DNA of 64,000 bases, taken from positions 124,001 to 188,000 of the forward strand of contig KZ538868.1 of assembly GCA_000934665.2 (NCBI GenBank). Direction: 5' to 3'. Each line of letters begins with the position of its first letter. Within the stretch, counting starts at the first letter, position 1. Both the position numbers and the translations under genes were made by a program. Shown here in pieces: positions 1 to 12,400 of the stretch. The stretch comes from Catajapyx aquilonaris. Taxonomy: Eukaryota. The notes under the pieces were generated by a model, which was not told where the DNA came from, did not search any database, and saw only the letters and a list, made by a program, of their open reading frames with translations.

Positions 1-720
1 GCTTTAACCTCTTTTATGTACGTGTGTTCCTTGGTGTGGTGTGCGGAGTGGGTACAGAGTGTGTGGGAGGTGGGTGGTGTGGGTGGAGGCTCGCATTTCT
101 GTGTGGATGCTCCTGCTTAGGGATGCCAGAAATAGGGAGCAGCCATGTAGCCAAAAGACAGCAGTACTGTCATCTCTTGCACTACTTCTTCTTTCCTTCC
201 AAGCTGAGTTGAGTGCCAAAAGCAGGTCAACTTCTGCCATTTTACATGACCAGTTCTGCAATACTGTCATTGCATTTACCAGTTTTCTTGCATATTGATC
301 ATGTTTAGGAAGACCAGGTTGACACGAATTATTGTCAGTGACAAAACAAAGGCAGATATTATTTTCCTATGACTTCTAACGATGCATTGCCTCTCTTGCA
401 ATATTTTAGAGATCTGTTCCGGCTGCTGTTGCACACGGTTGCATTAAGAATTAACCATCTGCAATTATGGTTATAAATGATTCTTATATGAAAAGGCTAT
501 GTGAGTACATTTGTTTTCATGATAAGAGTGAAACTATGATCTTAAAATTTTTATGCTTGGTATTGGGAATAACTGCACAAGAAATTGTCAAGTTGAAAAA
601 GTCAGAATGTATAGCACAGTGCTTTCTCTGTGTGGCCTAAGAATGCAGAATATGTTGAGGATTTATAATTTATTATGTGAGGACAGGGTTAGATGTGGGT
701 TGAATGAAGTGGGGCCTTAC

Positions 721-2262
721 CCTCTGCCTCAGCTCTCTCTCGGCTTCAAGATCCTCCTGGAGCAGGCGGATCTTGTCCTGGTGGGAACAAAACATGAGAA
801 TTTATGCAATTAATTCAACTGCTTCATTGGTAAGCTGTTTTAGTCTAAATCATTCCTTTATCAGTGTAATATCTTTAAACATTGGCAGTGTACCTGTGCA
901 AGTACAATAATGCTATCATGCCTTGTAATAGGACTCGAGCCCGCTATGGCAAGATCGGCATTATATTTTTCTTTTCAAGTTGACAGCATTTCCATAATTC
1001 ATTAAAGATTTCTGTCTCAGCAAATGTTAGAAGATGGGAAATGTATTGAAATGCGGATGTGCAGGTCTTGATTTCAATTTCATATGATTTCTTCAGTTCA
1101 TGTCATTGAGTTATGTGACAAGTGCAAGCTGTCCCTTTTTGATACGACAATGCTTAATTACAATGAGTTTGACAATAATTTTTAAACTTTATTTGTTGCA
1201 ATATTTATACCCTGCTGAAATAGCCTTACAGGCCATATTTTTTGCACACTTTAACTAACAATGTGAAAGTCTGACCAATCGGAACTGTCACTGATGACAT
1301 ACCTGAATTTTATTATCGCATTTTCTCACCTACAGTAGTTACGAATTCAGCTCCACTTTGCAGCAAATTTCGTACTAAATTGGCAATTAAACATTACCTT
1401 ACGATATACCTTCTGAATAAGGACACTAGTTTATTCATGGTTCAGGTTTATAAGGGCAACACACCTGGGTGCAGAGGCCGCATTTGGAGGCACTGTTAGT
1501 AGGGCAGTAAGAAAGCGCGATGATGTAACGAAGGCAGAACAGGCGTAAAAGTGAGCCTCGTATTTATAGTTTTGTGCCCGCCGTATATACGGCACCAGTG
1601 TCGTGGCAAATCGGCATTGGCTGCTTTTCTCAGAGCGAAGGACAAGTCCTCCCATTGCTCTCCAGTTCTCCAGGCTAAGGAACGCACCCCAATGTCGACA
1701 TGCGCAACCCAATTCCAATCCTACATTATCCAATTAAAAATGAACAATACAGCTTGCACATCCATTGTTTTTGAAGTAATCACGCCTGCATCTATTCTTC
1801 CTTCCTTCCGTCCTGGCAGATATTCAGGGAAATGCTCGCTGAAGACTAAATTTAAAAACCCACTTCATACGCCAGGAATTTGTCCACCGTCAGCACTTCG
1901 AAGTGTGGTGGCTGTGGAGGCGCCTCGTGAGCCTTTTACTGCACACATTGGGCTCACTTCCAAAAAATTTCCGAGGCTCTGAACTTTGTTTCCCTATACA
2001 TACCGCGACTGCTGTGTCATAGCAGGAAGAGACACTGCTTTGGAGTCATTCAAGTTTGTGTCTCCCGCTCCAATAAATAAATAAATAAATAAATAAATAT
2101 TAAAGTTACGAGCACAGGTAAAGTTTGGTGACGTACCTCGAGACGAGAGAGGGCAGTAAGGTCGGTCGAATATTCGATGGTGACATCGGCATCTCCCCTG
2201 GTTCCGCCACCACTGGACTTGTACACGTAAGACCTGGACGTCTTCGTGGTAACCCCCGACAT
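721..2262 (-). CDS. Prm: Paramyosin, 5' partial (coding exons 2262-2137 and 777-721; gene continues beyond the left edge)
   Basis: Spliced translation [61 protein letters not shown] closely resembles the arthropod paramyosin N-terminus (Drosophila ...[37 protein letters not shown], from memory). GT/AG phase-0 junctions: GAG|gtacgt, cag|GAC, AGG|gtaagg. Confidence 0.92.
2072..2098 (+). repeat. (AAAT)n microsatellite in paramyosin intron
   Basis: Directly visible aataaataaataaataaataaataaat. Confidence 0.9.
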
Positions 2263-2983
2263 GGCTTCACTGACTCGTGTTCACCACCTGCATTGTAACC
2301 AAAACGAAATTCCAGTTGGCAAAAGTCGGTATGTTATCATGTTAGATGAAACATTGTCAACAACAATCGCCTGAAGGATTTTTCTTTCAAAGCATGGGTG
2401 TTAATGTGTTTGTCACTGAAATCCCCAGAAATCTAAACGAATTTGAGAGGTTGGCAGGACTTAGCCGGTACACACGTGCCCCAAGCACCCGGAAGACCTC
2501 AGTCATTGAAGATGACAGGCCTGGTACCCCCACGTTGACGCGTGTAATTAAGATGACCTGCCCCCAATTTTTTGGTCCATTTCCCAGTTCCAAACAAACG
2601 CGCACAAAACACACTCACACCCAACAGATCACTGTATAACTAATATCCAATGAGGCCGATTGAAAAAAAAGTGACCTCTGCGCACCGAAGGATGACCGCA
2701 CCGCGTTGGTCGGATGGTCGCCTGGAGCACGACTCTGAAGAAGTGAGACCCCGAGGCTGCAACCTCGCTGACTCGGAGATATTCTGGGCAAACACCCCCC
2801 CCTACCCCCTCACCCCCTTTTCCTAAAAATCCTAGCCGAACCTGCACCTTCCCCCCCATCTCATTTAGTTCACCCAACACCCCCTCTCTTAAAAAATCGC
2901 CTTCGAATTCCCCCACCAGAGCAGCCCGGCAGCAGCAGCCCGGCAGCATTTGCAGCTATCTCAGGTTACTATAGAGGCGCTGC

Positions 2984-2991
2984 CTTTTATA
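2984..2991 (-). promoter_or_regulatory. Candidate TATA box of paramyosin
   Basis: TATAAAAG on the - strand. A GTGAGT donor at 2618-2613 and a cag acceptor at 2290-2288 would give a non-coding first exon. Confidence 0.35.
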
Positions 2992-4020
2992 GCCATGGCC
3001 CACTGGGTTGTAGGCTGCTGCCGGAGGACCCAGGCCTGGAAACACCGACTATCGAACCCACTACGAAGGCCCATCCAAGGGTCATCTGGTCAGTTGGAGG
3101 TGGCATCACGGCTGATCGTAGATGATGGTCTGTTGATCGGGGATGGACAACATACCGTGATAAAGAATGAAGGCTGGTAGTGGCGGTCGACGGTGTTTCC
3201 AAGCTCAGAGAGGCGACTTGACGATGACTCAAGAGTGGCTGCCAGAGAGAGTCCGAGGACACCTATGGAATGCTTAGCTTCTTACTGACGATGGACGTCG
3301 GACCCCGTACTACTTATAAGCTGCGGAGTCTCCTTTCTGAGGACAAACTCAGAACCAAAAAGTCGCCCTGACTCACTCCTTTGGGGGTCACCTTAAGCGT
3401 GGGTGTCGCCCACGGGTACAGTCCAGCTCCGAGAGTGTCGCACTCTCCAAACCTCAATGACAACTTCGACATGATTTTGAATTTCTCTCATACCCTACGC
3501 CATTCACACTTACTCGGATAAGTGCTGGCTCGAGCATGTTGTCCGCATCAATTTCAAGATTTGGACATGTGTGTACAAGCTGGTAAACATAGTCCAAAAA
3601 GTGTTGAATACACCAGTTAGTGAACTTGCCAACTGCTCTATCGTGGGAAGCTGATTCACTCCTTCTCGTCATTCGATTGTTTCAATCTCTAAACATAGGA
3701 CGACTCTCTCATAAGTAGGCACTCTAGATGTTTCTATACAAACATCGAAAATAGCACGTCGTGTATCACATCTTGGACCGTCTCTTGCTTCACTAATTAC
3801 TACCGGGCGGGCAGGCGGGTCAAAAAAGGCATCATAATTAGTCAACTGCCACACCCAGTATTAATCATAAGTGACTGCCCCTGCCAGTTAGGCCACCGGG
3901 CGTACTCAGGTGTCGAACAAGTTGCGGCAACTCAGGATACTCCCAGGTTGAGTCACCTTTACCAATTCTCTTCCAACCGGAGTTCGTTTATTTGTTCTTA
4001 TTTTGCTCTTTGTTGGAGTA

Positions 4021-4042
4021 TGTGTGTGTGTGTGTGTGTGTG
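4021..4042 (+). repeat. (TG)11 microsatellite
   Basis: Directly visible. Confidence 0.9.
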
Positions 4043-4976
4043 GGGCACGCTTTACGTTTCCCCCTGCTTGGCTGTTGAGCGCATTTTTCACAGCTTGTTT
4101 TGTGCATCGGCCAGTTCTTGGCGGCTGTTGGCGTGTTTCCGAGGATAAGAGCTCGCAGATACGGAGGGAGAATGCGGAAGATGCTTGTCCTTCCCGTCCA
4201 ATTTCCAGTCGGGACTGATTGCTCCACATGTTATTGGTGCTGAAATGTACCGATCAAATTAAATGACGTGTGTCGACAGTGGGTATGTCCGCTCCGCCAA
4301 TGGGATCCAGCAACATTGTATGCTGTTTCTCAGGGCGGTCTATTTCCGGAGTTGCCCCGGATGAAAATAACCCGAGGGCTTTTCTTCCTGAGCTTCTTTC
4401 CATACCCGACCGCACACCATCTTCGGGAAGCTTTTCTTTGCACTCCTCTTTCTTCCAGCATAACAGTGGTTAGGGGCGGTGGTAAGCGGTGCTGCTATGG
4501 CAAGAACAACGCCCCCCGTTGATGGAGAAGAATGGGGCCTCATTAGTTCAAGTATATCTAATAGAATTTTCATGGAGCTTTTGCTTGAATACCAGTGAGT
4601 GACGTATGACATAACCAGGCTGGAACTATGCCGAAACCGTATATACATATAGTGGGTTCGTTGAATGGGAGGTATTAATTACCCCGGCTGGCACTTGGGG
4701 GTCAGCAACCAGATTTTTTTCTGGCCCATTACTGGCACTATTTTAACCATTAAGGACTGAAATAGAACGCAAGATGTAGCACCGGAATTTGTGCATACCA
4801 TTTGTGCGAAGAAGGACGTGAGCTGTCGGATGCCACCTTTTGCAGCCTTTTTATTCACCCTTATCTAACGCACAGCCAGGATACTGATGTTGGTTGTGGA
4901 TATCTTATCAATGACTGGTTGGAGATAAGCTAGCGTGTCTCTTGGAGCCTCATTGTTAAGGCTCAAACTTGACAAG

Positions 4977-6437
4977 ATGTCCGACAATAGCGCTTCTCTG
5001 GCTATCCACTCGGAAGACCGGCAGAACATGGACCGAGTGGTGAAGTTCCGGTACAAATGGTCGGTCAGGAGCTTCATCGGCCGTCGTGAGAAGACAGGCC
5101 ATAAGATGTCAGCGCCCGCCTTTCTGACTGAGCCCTTGGTCAGGGCGTCCTGGAGCCTTGACCTTTATCCTAGGGGCGACGGACAAGAGAGTCAAGATTA
5201 CCTGTCCATCCATCTGAGGCTGCTGGACGCGGACAACTTCGAGGCAGCCAGCGTTAAAGTGGCATTTTCCATCCTGGACTACCGTGGAGACACGCTGCTG
5301 ACCACATTGGCTGACAGGCTGGTGTCCAACGTCAGTATATATGAACATGTCGCAATTAATTGATACAAACTGACTGGGGTTTTGTTTCTGAAGGGACGAC
5401 CCGTGGGCTGGGGGTGGTCTCGGTTTGTCAGGCGCGACATGCTGATGAAGAAGGACTTGGGGCTGCTGGCCAAAGATGGGACGCTCAACCTGATGTGCGA
5501 AGTCTCGGTTGCCGAGGACCCCACCGCAGCCCCTTCCCAGCAGGTGCTCAGCCCCGGGCCTGCCCCTGGGAATCCCATGGAAGATCTGGGCAGCCTGCTA
5601 AACAGCCCTAGATTCAGCGACGTGGTCCTCGTGTCCAACGATGTCCGATTCAGAGCTCACAAGTGAGTTACAGGACCATCACGATGGTCACTAATATGGG
5701 GCATTAAGCCTGAAATTAAAGCAGAAGTTCGGGTAGAAGTTACTGTTATTACTTATCACGAATGTGTCTGTTATTGCAATCTCTGTGACTGGATATAGAT
5801 ATGATATACGCCCAAACTTCTGCTGTAATATTAGGATATATTCTCCATATAACCCTTTAACCTTGGAGGGCAATACTGGCGACTCGAAGCCCGTCTTTTG
5901 GCATAATATTCGAGTCGGATGCACTTAAGGACGAGACGAATGATGAGAAGAGAGATACGAAAGTGGTGGAGATACCTGATGTGACACCGGAAGTCCTGGA
6001 GCAGATGCTGCACTACATATACACAGGTGAGCGAGAGGGAGGAATGCAGATGACGTGCGATGTGCCCTCATTTCCTAATCGCGCTCTTAGGGAGGATTCC
6101 TCGTTTGGACAGCCTGGGCAGACAGCTTCTGGTGGCGGCCGAGAAGTACGGCCTGGACAAGATGAAGGAGGTTTGCGAGGGCAACCTGATGCGTGCCTTC
6201 ACCGTCAGCAATGCGGTGGACCTGCTGGACCTGGCGGACATGCACGATGCCGATATGCTCAAGGGTGCTGTCATAGAGTTCATTAACCGGAACGCGGCCG
6301 AAGTCATGGCCACTGAGGCCTGGAAGGCAATGATCGTGTCCCGTCCTCAGCTTCTGGCTGACCTCTTCAAGGCTCTGGCTGACCCTGACATTCCCAAAGC
6401 TCAGGACAAGTCAACTCCCGCCAACAATAGTGGCTGA
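4977..6437 (+). CDS. Speckle-type POZ protein-like (MATH-BTB-BACK Cullin-3 adaptor), ~375 aa; exons 4977-5330, 5394-5662, 5869-6026, 6091-6437
   Basis: MATH motifs (KFRYKWSVRSF, WSLDLYPRG, DYLSIHL, GWGWSRFVRRD, LNLMCEVSV), BTB motifs (FSDVVLV..FRAHKAILATRSP, VEIPDVTPEVLEQMLHYIYTG, LLVAAEKYGL) and BACK motifs (LADMHDADMLK..IEFIN). Phases join into a 1128-nt frame; ATTAAA at 6466-6471. Confidence 0.9.
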
Positions 6438-9400
6438 ATCTGGCTAAGATCTCATTCCACTGAGTATTAAATCGTCTTTTCTACTCGCATAAAGAGGCTA
6501 CTTTTATTGTGTTGCGTCATTTTCATGTAATACGTAGGCTATGAGTGATATGGATTGCCATATCACAGGAAAAATATTGTTCATAATCAGGTATTGTTTT
6601 ATTCCTTGCTATATGGTTTGATATACTCATATACTCCTCTGCAATCAAGTTTGGTGGATAGCCTATATGACACTGGGTGAGTAACTATGGCACAGATAAA
6701 GAGATTGTCCGATTTCGACTGTCAGTTGGAATGATTTTACTTTTGTAAAATTGGGGTATCTGACACCATTGATAACTATCGGGCCGATTAATAACATTTG
6801 CAGTACCTACTTCCGTGTATTTAATATTTCCTCTGAAATGAAACCTGCAAAATGGTCTGTGATAAGCCATCGAAAGAGAGGCATTCATACTTGTCCGAGT
6901 AAGAAGACCTTGACCTGGAAGAAGATGGCCAGGAGTATACACGTGACGTTGAATGAGTACTGCAGGCTACTTTGAATTTTCCCCATTCCTTGAGTTACGA
7001 CTGTATGTTAAAATATTTTCTAATTTGGTTCCTATTAGGAAGTTCTTGAATAGCTCTGAAGAGGACTCTTGCTGTTTGCCTGCCTTACGTTTAGGCGGCA
7101 CACACTGCTACTCCCAGTCGCCATCACGAGTCCCTCTTGTGACCGACTTGACAAACTTGACATTTAGAACTTTTCTGAGTGGTGCCAAAATCTACAGTAC
7201 ACACTGCGCAGTGTGTCAACCTCTGTAACTTCATGCTTGTACTGTGTGCACTGTTTGTCATTCATTCACAGGTTAAGTTGATTGCATGCAAGAAAATTAC
7301 ACTGTTTATGCTGAATGTCTAATTATTGTAATTTCCATGAGCGAGACCTTTGGGTAGCAGGGTCAGGAACACATACAGCATAATCGATCAATGAAGGATA
7401 TACGTGGTGGCAAGGTGATTGGGCATCGCCGAAATGCACAACAATTCTTTTAAAACTTGCGAATGGCGATGGAAAATATCGCATTCGTTTTTACAGTGCT
7501 ATAACTTGGCCTCCATACCTTAACTACCGTATCGCATTCTTTCTAGCTGCACACTGTGTCATTTCTAAAAACTGATCGGCAATTTTGACGGACTGAAGAA
7601 CACCTGCAGTGAAAAATTAATATCGCACACTTTTAGTAGCCTAAAATTATGAAGAATAACCAACAAATCCCTGAGAATAACTAATTACATTACTAGCAAA
7701 TGTTATTTTCATAATTTTTCGCTGCCCGGATTTCCTGCAGTTAAATTTGCACGGTTACAACAACGCAGCAAGCAATTAGTAATATTGGAAATCTCAATAG
7801 TAGGCCTACATACTTCCTGAAATGAACCGCGTGAAATGCAGCTGAATTGCACATAGTATGAGATAGCTATACGTAACTTCCATGCAATTCTCATGATCTC
7901 AAAACTCGTCAGATAACGTAGCGTCGCCTTTCCAAATTCGAGACCTGTCTTTAAAATATTACGAAGAATTTTTGTAAGTGGACTGTGTGACATGCTACAA
8001 TTTTCGAGTTAAAAATAGCAATGAAGAATTTGCTCGTAATTCCCAAGAAAATATATGAACCTCGTCGTAACAGTTGTTAAGGCCAATGTTTCATGCAGAG
8101 TTACACAGCAATATATTAATCGCAATTAATTACTTCCTTCGTGTGGATAGACACGGAAATTATTTTACAATTCAAGCACGTTGTGACCGTATTGTGTAGG
8201 CACTTAAATGTAATTCTGGCCTTTGTTAAACGCAGCTCTAATAGTTTTGGCAGATGGGCGGGGAATTCAAAGACAACCTTCAACCCAAAAACATTGGCCC
8301 TTGTGCAGAGTTTGAAATCCTCAATTAAACATTGCCAAGCCCTTCATTCCTTCTCGTCACCAAAATGACGAGGTAAACTCCTCCCACACCTAACCTTCCA
8401 GGAATAAACAGCACGTTTTTGGGTCTGGGTGGATATCAGGGTTGAAATGAGGTGAAGAAAGAAGACAAGGGGAAATATGAACGTGCCAGAGCTTCTTCCT
8501 CCTTCCCCTGTGCCACACTCTCCAGTTTAAAAAAAAAGCAAAAAAAAAACACGTTTTATCGATATAGAGCAGTATGAGAAATAATCGTGATTCACTGCAG
8601 TGCAGTGCTTTGGTAGGATACTGTCGCAGAGAATAACTTTCTGAAACCCAATGTCGACACCTATTCTCCACGATAATTGTTGCTGTAAATTATGGGGGGT
8701 AAAATGACACTATTTCAACTTGAACTGTTCCGATGCCCTTGGCGGTATGCCCCTAAGAACCTGGAACATTTTGGAAGAAGGGAGCCGATGGTCCTTGCAT
8801 TTGGAAGAGTCTTTTTGGCAGTTATTGCCAAGTATACGACCCGTGGAAAGTCCTCGCGCGGCCTTTACCCCCGAGGTGAAGAGAAGGAAAATAAAAGGGC
8901 CAATGGTAAAGTGCCAGTGTTTGTCTCTCTTGGCCACCGATGCCGCCTCACCCATGTTTATCCGGGACCCCAGCTTCCCAAAATACGTTACGTGGGCGAC
9001 TATCAACTGCAATAATACTGGAACCCAAAATTCACCTCCCAACCCTCATCCACCCTTCAAACACTGTTAGTTTTTCAACCACTCCCATTAATCAAAGGCA
9101 GTCAAATACATCCCCCAGTATTTTTTTGAGAAGGTGAAATCCTTGCGAACAAGAATGTGTGTTCGTCCCCCAGATGCATGGGCGCCTGTGCTGGCTGCCG
9201 AAAATAGGTGTGCTGAAGAGGAGGGGTATGGGTGGTGTGGGGATGCTGCCACCATGTGAAGCTGCCAAATCTCGAAGGCAGCAGCAGCACCACATACTGT
9301 ACATGCTGGTTGTGTGGTGGTGCTAGTGTGTGCTGGCTGCCGATGCCCTGGATGATGACGTGAGGAGGCGACCACGGGAGGCAAAGAACTGCATGGGCTT

Positions 9401-9471
9401 TGCCCCCGAGATGGATGACTCCTTCGCTCTTGTACTCTAATACTGCGGTACTACAATAGTGCAATTGCAGC

Positions 9472-12400
9472 ATGTCGTTCAGGACGGGTTATTCGGTGAG
9501 TGCGTGCATTGATTTGTGGTGGGGTTGAATTTCAACCTACTTTTGGTGGGAAAGGGGAATTGTGCTTGTCCATATTCTAATGGGGGATTTAACGCTCCGT
9601 TTGCATGATTGACGTGACATTGCAGTGCAATATTCGTGTGTCTAATCGTGATTGAGCGTAATTAATATCCATACAGAAACATTGAACCCTACTCGTGATT
9701 ACGATTTAACAGCATGTAGCTGGTGGTTGCTTGTAATGTAAATGAACACATCACATCCTTAACATGTAACACATAATATGTTGTATTTCTTAGTGGGAGG
9801 TATTGACCCAACAGTGTTTACGTTGCAAAAGCCGATCACCTGTGTGTATTAATGGCTGGGCTGAGTTTACGCACCTCCGATTTTACCAGATTATTCTTAG
9901 GTATAGGAAGTGGTGTCTTTGCAGCGCAAGCAGGTTTTAAAAATACATATTAGTTTTGAAATATTGTGTGAGGCAGGGGGATTTACTCCGCGGCTTTGGC
10001 CAAATAACCGAGACCAAGGCATTTGCTGACTCATGTTTTGTCTACTATTACGTGTTCAAAAGACTACAAAAGCCTTTGTTTTAAACTTTAACATATTGTG
10101 CCAGTAGCCTATATTTTCTTGCATTCGAAGAAGTGTAGTTTTTGATACATTTTTATCGTGAAACAAACTGCGCCCTCGAGACGTATGCTGGGAATGACTG
10201 ATGGGATACTTTTCTTCGAGGTGTGGAATCAGGGAACTCAGATGAGATGGTTCTATATATATATTCACAGCAGTGATGCCATTACTTCATGGTCCTTATA
10301 GTGGAACACAGTCTTTGATTTCGTAGTATTGCAATTGGTATAGGAACAGGTTTATGCAAATACTACTTTAGTGCTCACGATTTCGCTTCTCGCGTTGAAA
10401 TTTATTTTCTCAAGTTATGTCGGATTTACTGCTTAGAGTAGGCTAATTTAAGATCGTAAGGAACTTATCATTTCCCACCATGTATACTTTAGACACCGGA
10501 ACTTTCTCCTTAATCCATGTGGCCACAACTTAAGACTGAATTACACTAACGTATGATGCAAACGTGTTTTTAATCATCAGATCAATCGTGAGTTTGCAAC
10601 TTGTGCCTATGCAGAAGCATTGAAAGTCTTATAGTATGTACAGTGTACACAAAAACTCGGATGCATTGGGGTAGGGTGAGGGTTAGGTGTTGATACATCA
10701 ATACTTTGAAAACATGGTTATATAATAATTGTAGCTCTTGAATATAGGGAAGGGAATTCTGGCAGTACCGTAAGCTTTGTTTCCATAACTTGGTCAACAA
10801 TCACCTGATACCTCTTGGACCATAGACAGCGCACGACATTATTTGGTTGTTTTTCCTCTCTCACAAGTCAGTCGTGACTCCTTCACACACACTGGCATGT
10901 TCCGTGTACCTCTGGACTACTCCATGGCAGCGACCAACCTGCGCCTGGTTACCCCTAATGAATAACTAGTATCAGAAGATTCAATTGGCATCGATAAGTC
11001 GAAACTCATGAACGGATGAGTTCGAAGAAATGTTGTTTGGTCGTCAACCTCATGTTCTCCCCTTTACTTCCGCCGTTATTTCCGTCAGTGCAGAGGGAGA
11101 TGTGCCAACTCCCGGCCTCTTTCTATATAGCCCTCATCTCTATCCACAAGCCAACCGCCGACTCCCCAATTCGTCACCGAACTCCTGGTCCAATTGTCAT
11201 AGGTGCAGTCTCAACAAGTGGAGCAGTACACAGAAGCTGTTAACCCGGATTCCGTCCGACTCGCAGGAAGCTATGATGTTAACTTCTGAGGTCACAGCTG
11301 CATTTGTATACGTCACGTCCGTCGGCGACTATACAAAAACAAAGCACTTATTCTGCGGGGAAAAATAAACGAAAGGATGTCGATTGCGCGGGCAAATGGA
11401 CCGGGAGAGAACAAGCCTTTCCATTACTTCCGGACATATGTTTTTCCTGGAATTCGGCCCGAACTAAACACTAGCCAACTCATTTTGCCCTTGACATTGC
11501 CTTTTTTTTCAATCAGCCGATATGATACTGAGGAGAATTTTTCACGTGTGAATACACACCATTCAGACTGGCGCCTGCATTCAGACACGGGGATTCCAGG
11601 CGCTTTTGTCGCCATGCCGAGACAACGAGTCATCTTCAATTTGTCGTCCACAGAAAGACTCCTTTGTCCATCAGCAACTATCCTTTTCTTCCTGGCCCCA
11701 AGCTAATTCTGGGACAGCAGTACCTGCAGTCCTGCACTACACTTATACTTGCTGAGCTTTATTTTCGGAATAGCATTAAGACCTCGAATCACTTATTTGT
11801 CTTCCTGCTGCATCTTTTTTTATTATTGCACGGCCTACAATTGGACGACTAATCACCACAAATTTGACCGAAATTGATATTAATTATGATTAGGTGCAGT
11901 TTGGATCCGTTCCATGTTTGCCTCCAACTCCAGACGGGAGGTAAAATTAGCCCATACATGGCCTCCACATATTCTGCGCTTTTGCTCCACTTGGGAGCTG
12001 CCACATTTATTTACCACCATGCTAGTCTCGCCCACACGTAACATTTGGCCGCACCGTTGTAGCAGCAACAGAATAGAAAAGGTCACCAAAGGATGGATAG
12101 TTGGCGGAAGTTGGTCGGATTCGAGTCACTGAGCCTCTGTATATATCTTCCAGGACTGATTTGTATTTTTGGGGAGGGCAGGTGAGTGTCTGGGAAGAAA
12201 ACCGCCGGGGATATACATGGTTCCTGAAATAAGCACGTTGCAGCAGGCCTCGCAAGATAGTAATCAGATGTGAGGAAAAAGGGGGGGAAATATTTTCAAG
12301 AAAAGCGTGATTCCTCTTTCCGCGTCAGGATTTTGCCCAGAGGGGGACACCCCAGCAGATGCCTCTAAATGTGGGGGAAGGTCGTGTCTTCAACAAATGA

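Noticed and set aside
2650..3460. GC-rich stretch as a solo LTR
   Set aside because: No second copy, PBS/PPT or TSD identified; it may simply be the paramyosin promoter/UTR.
12093..12181. ATG-initiated exon with a GTGAGT donor as the FHOD first exon
   Set aside because: Ends in phase 2, incompatible with the phase-0 exon at 13097; it could at most be a UTR exon.
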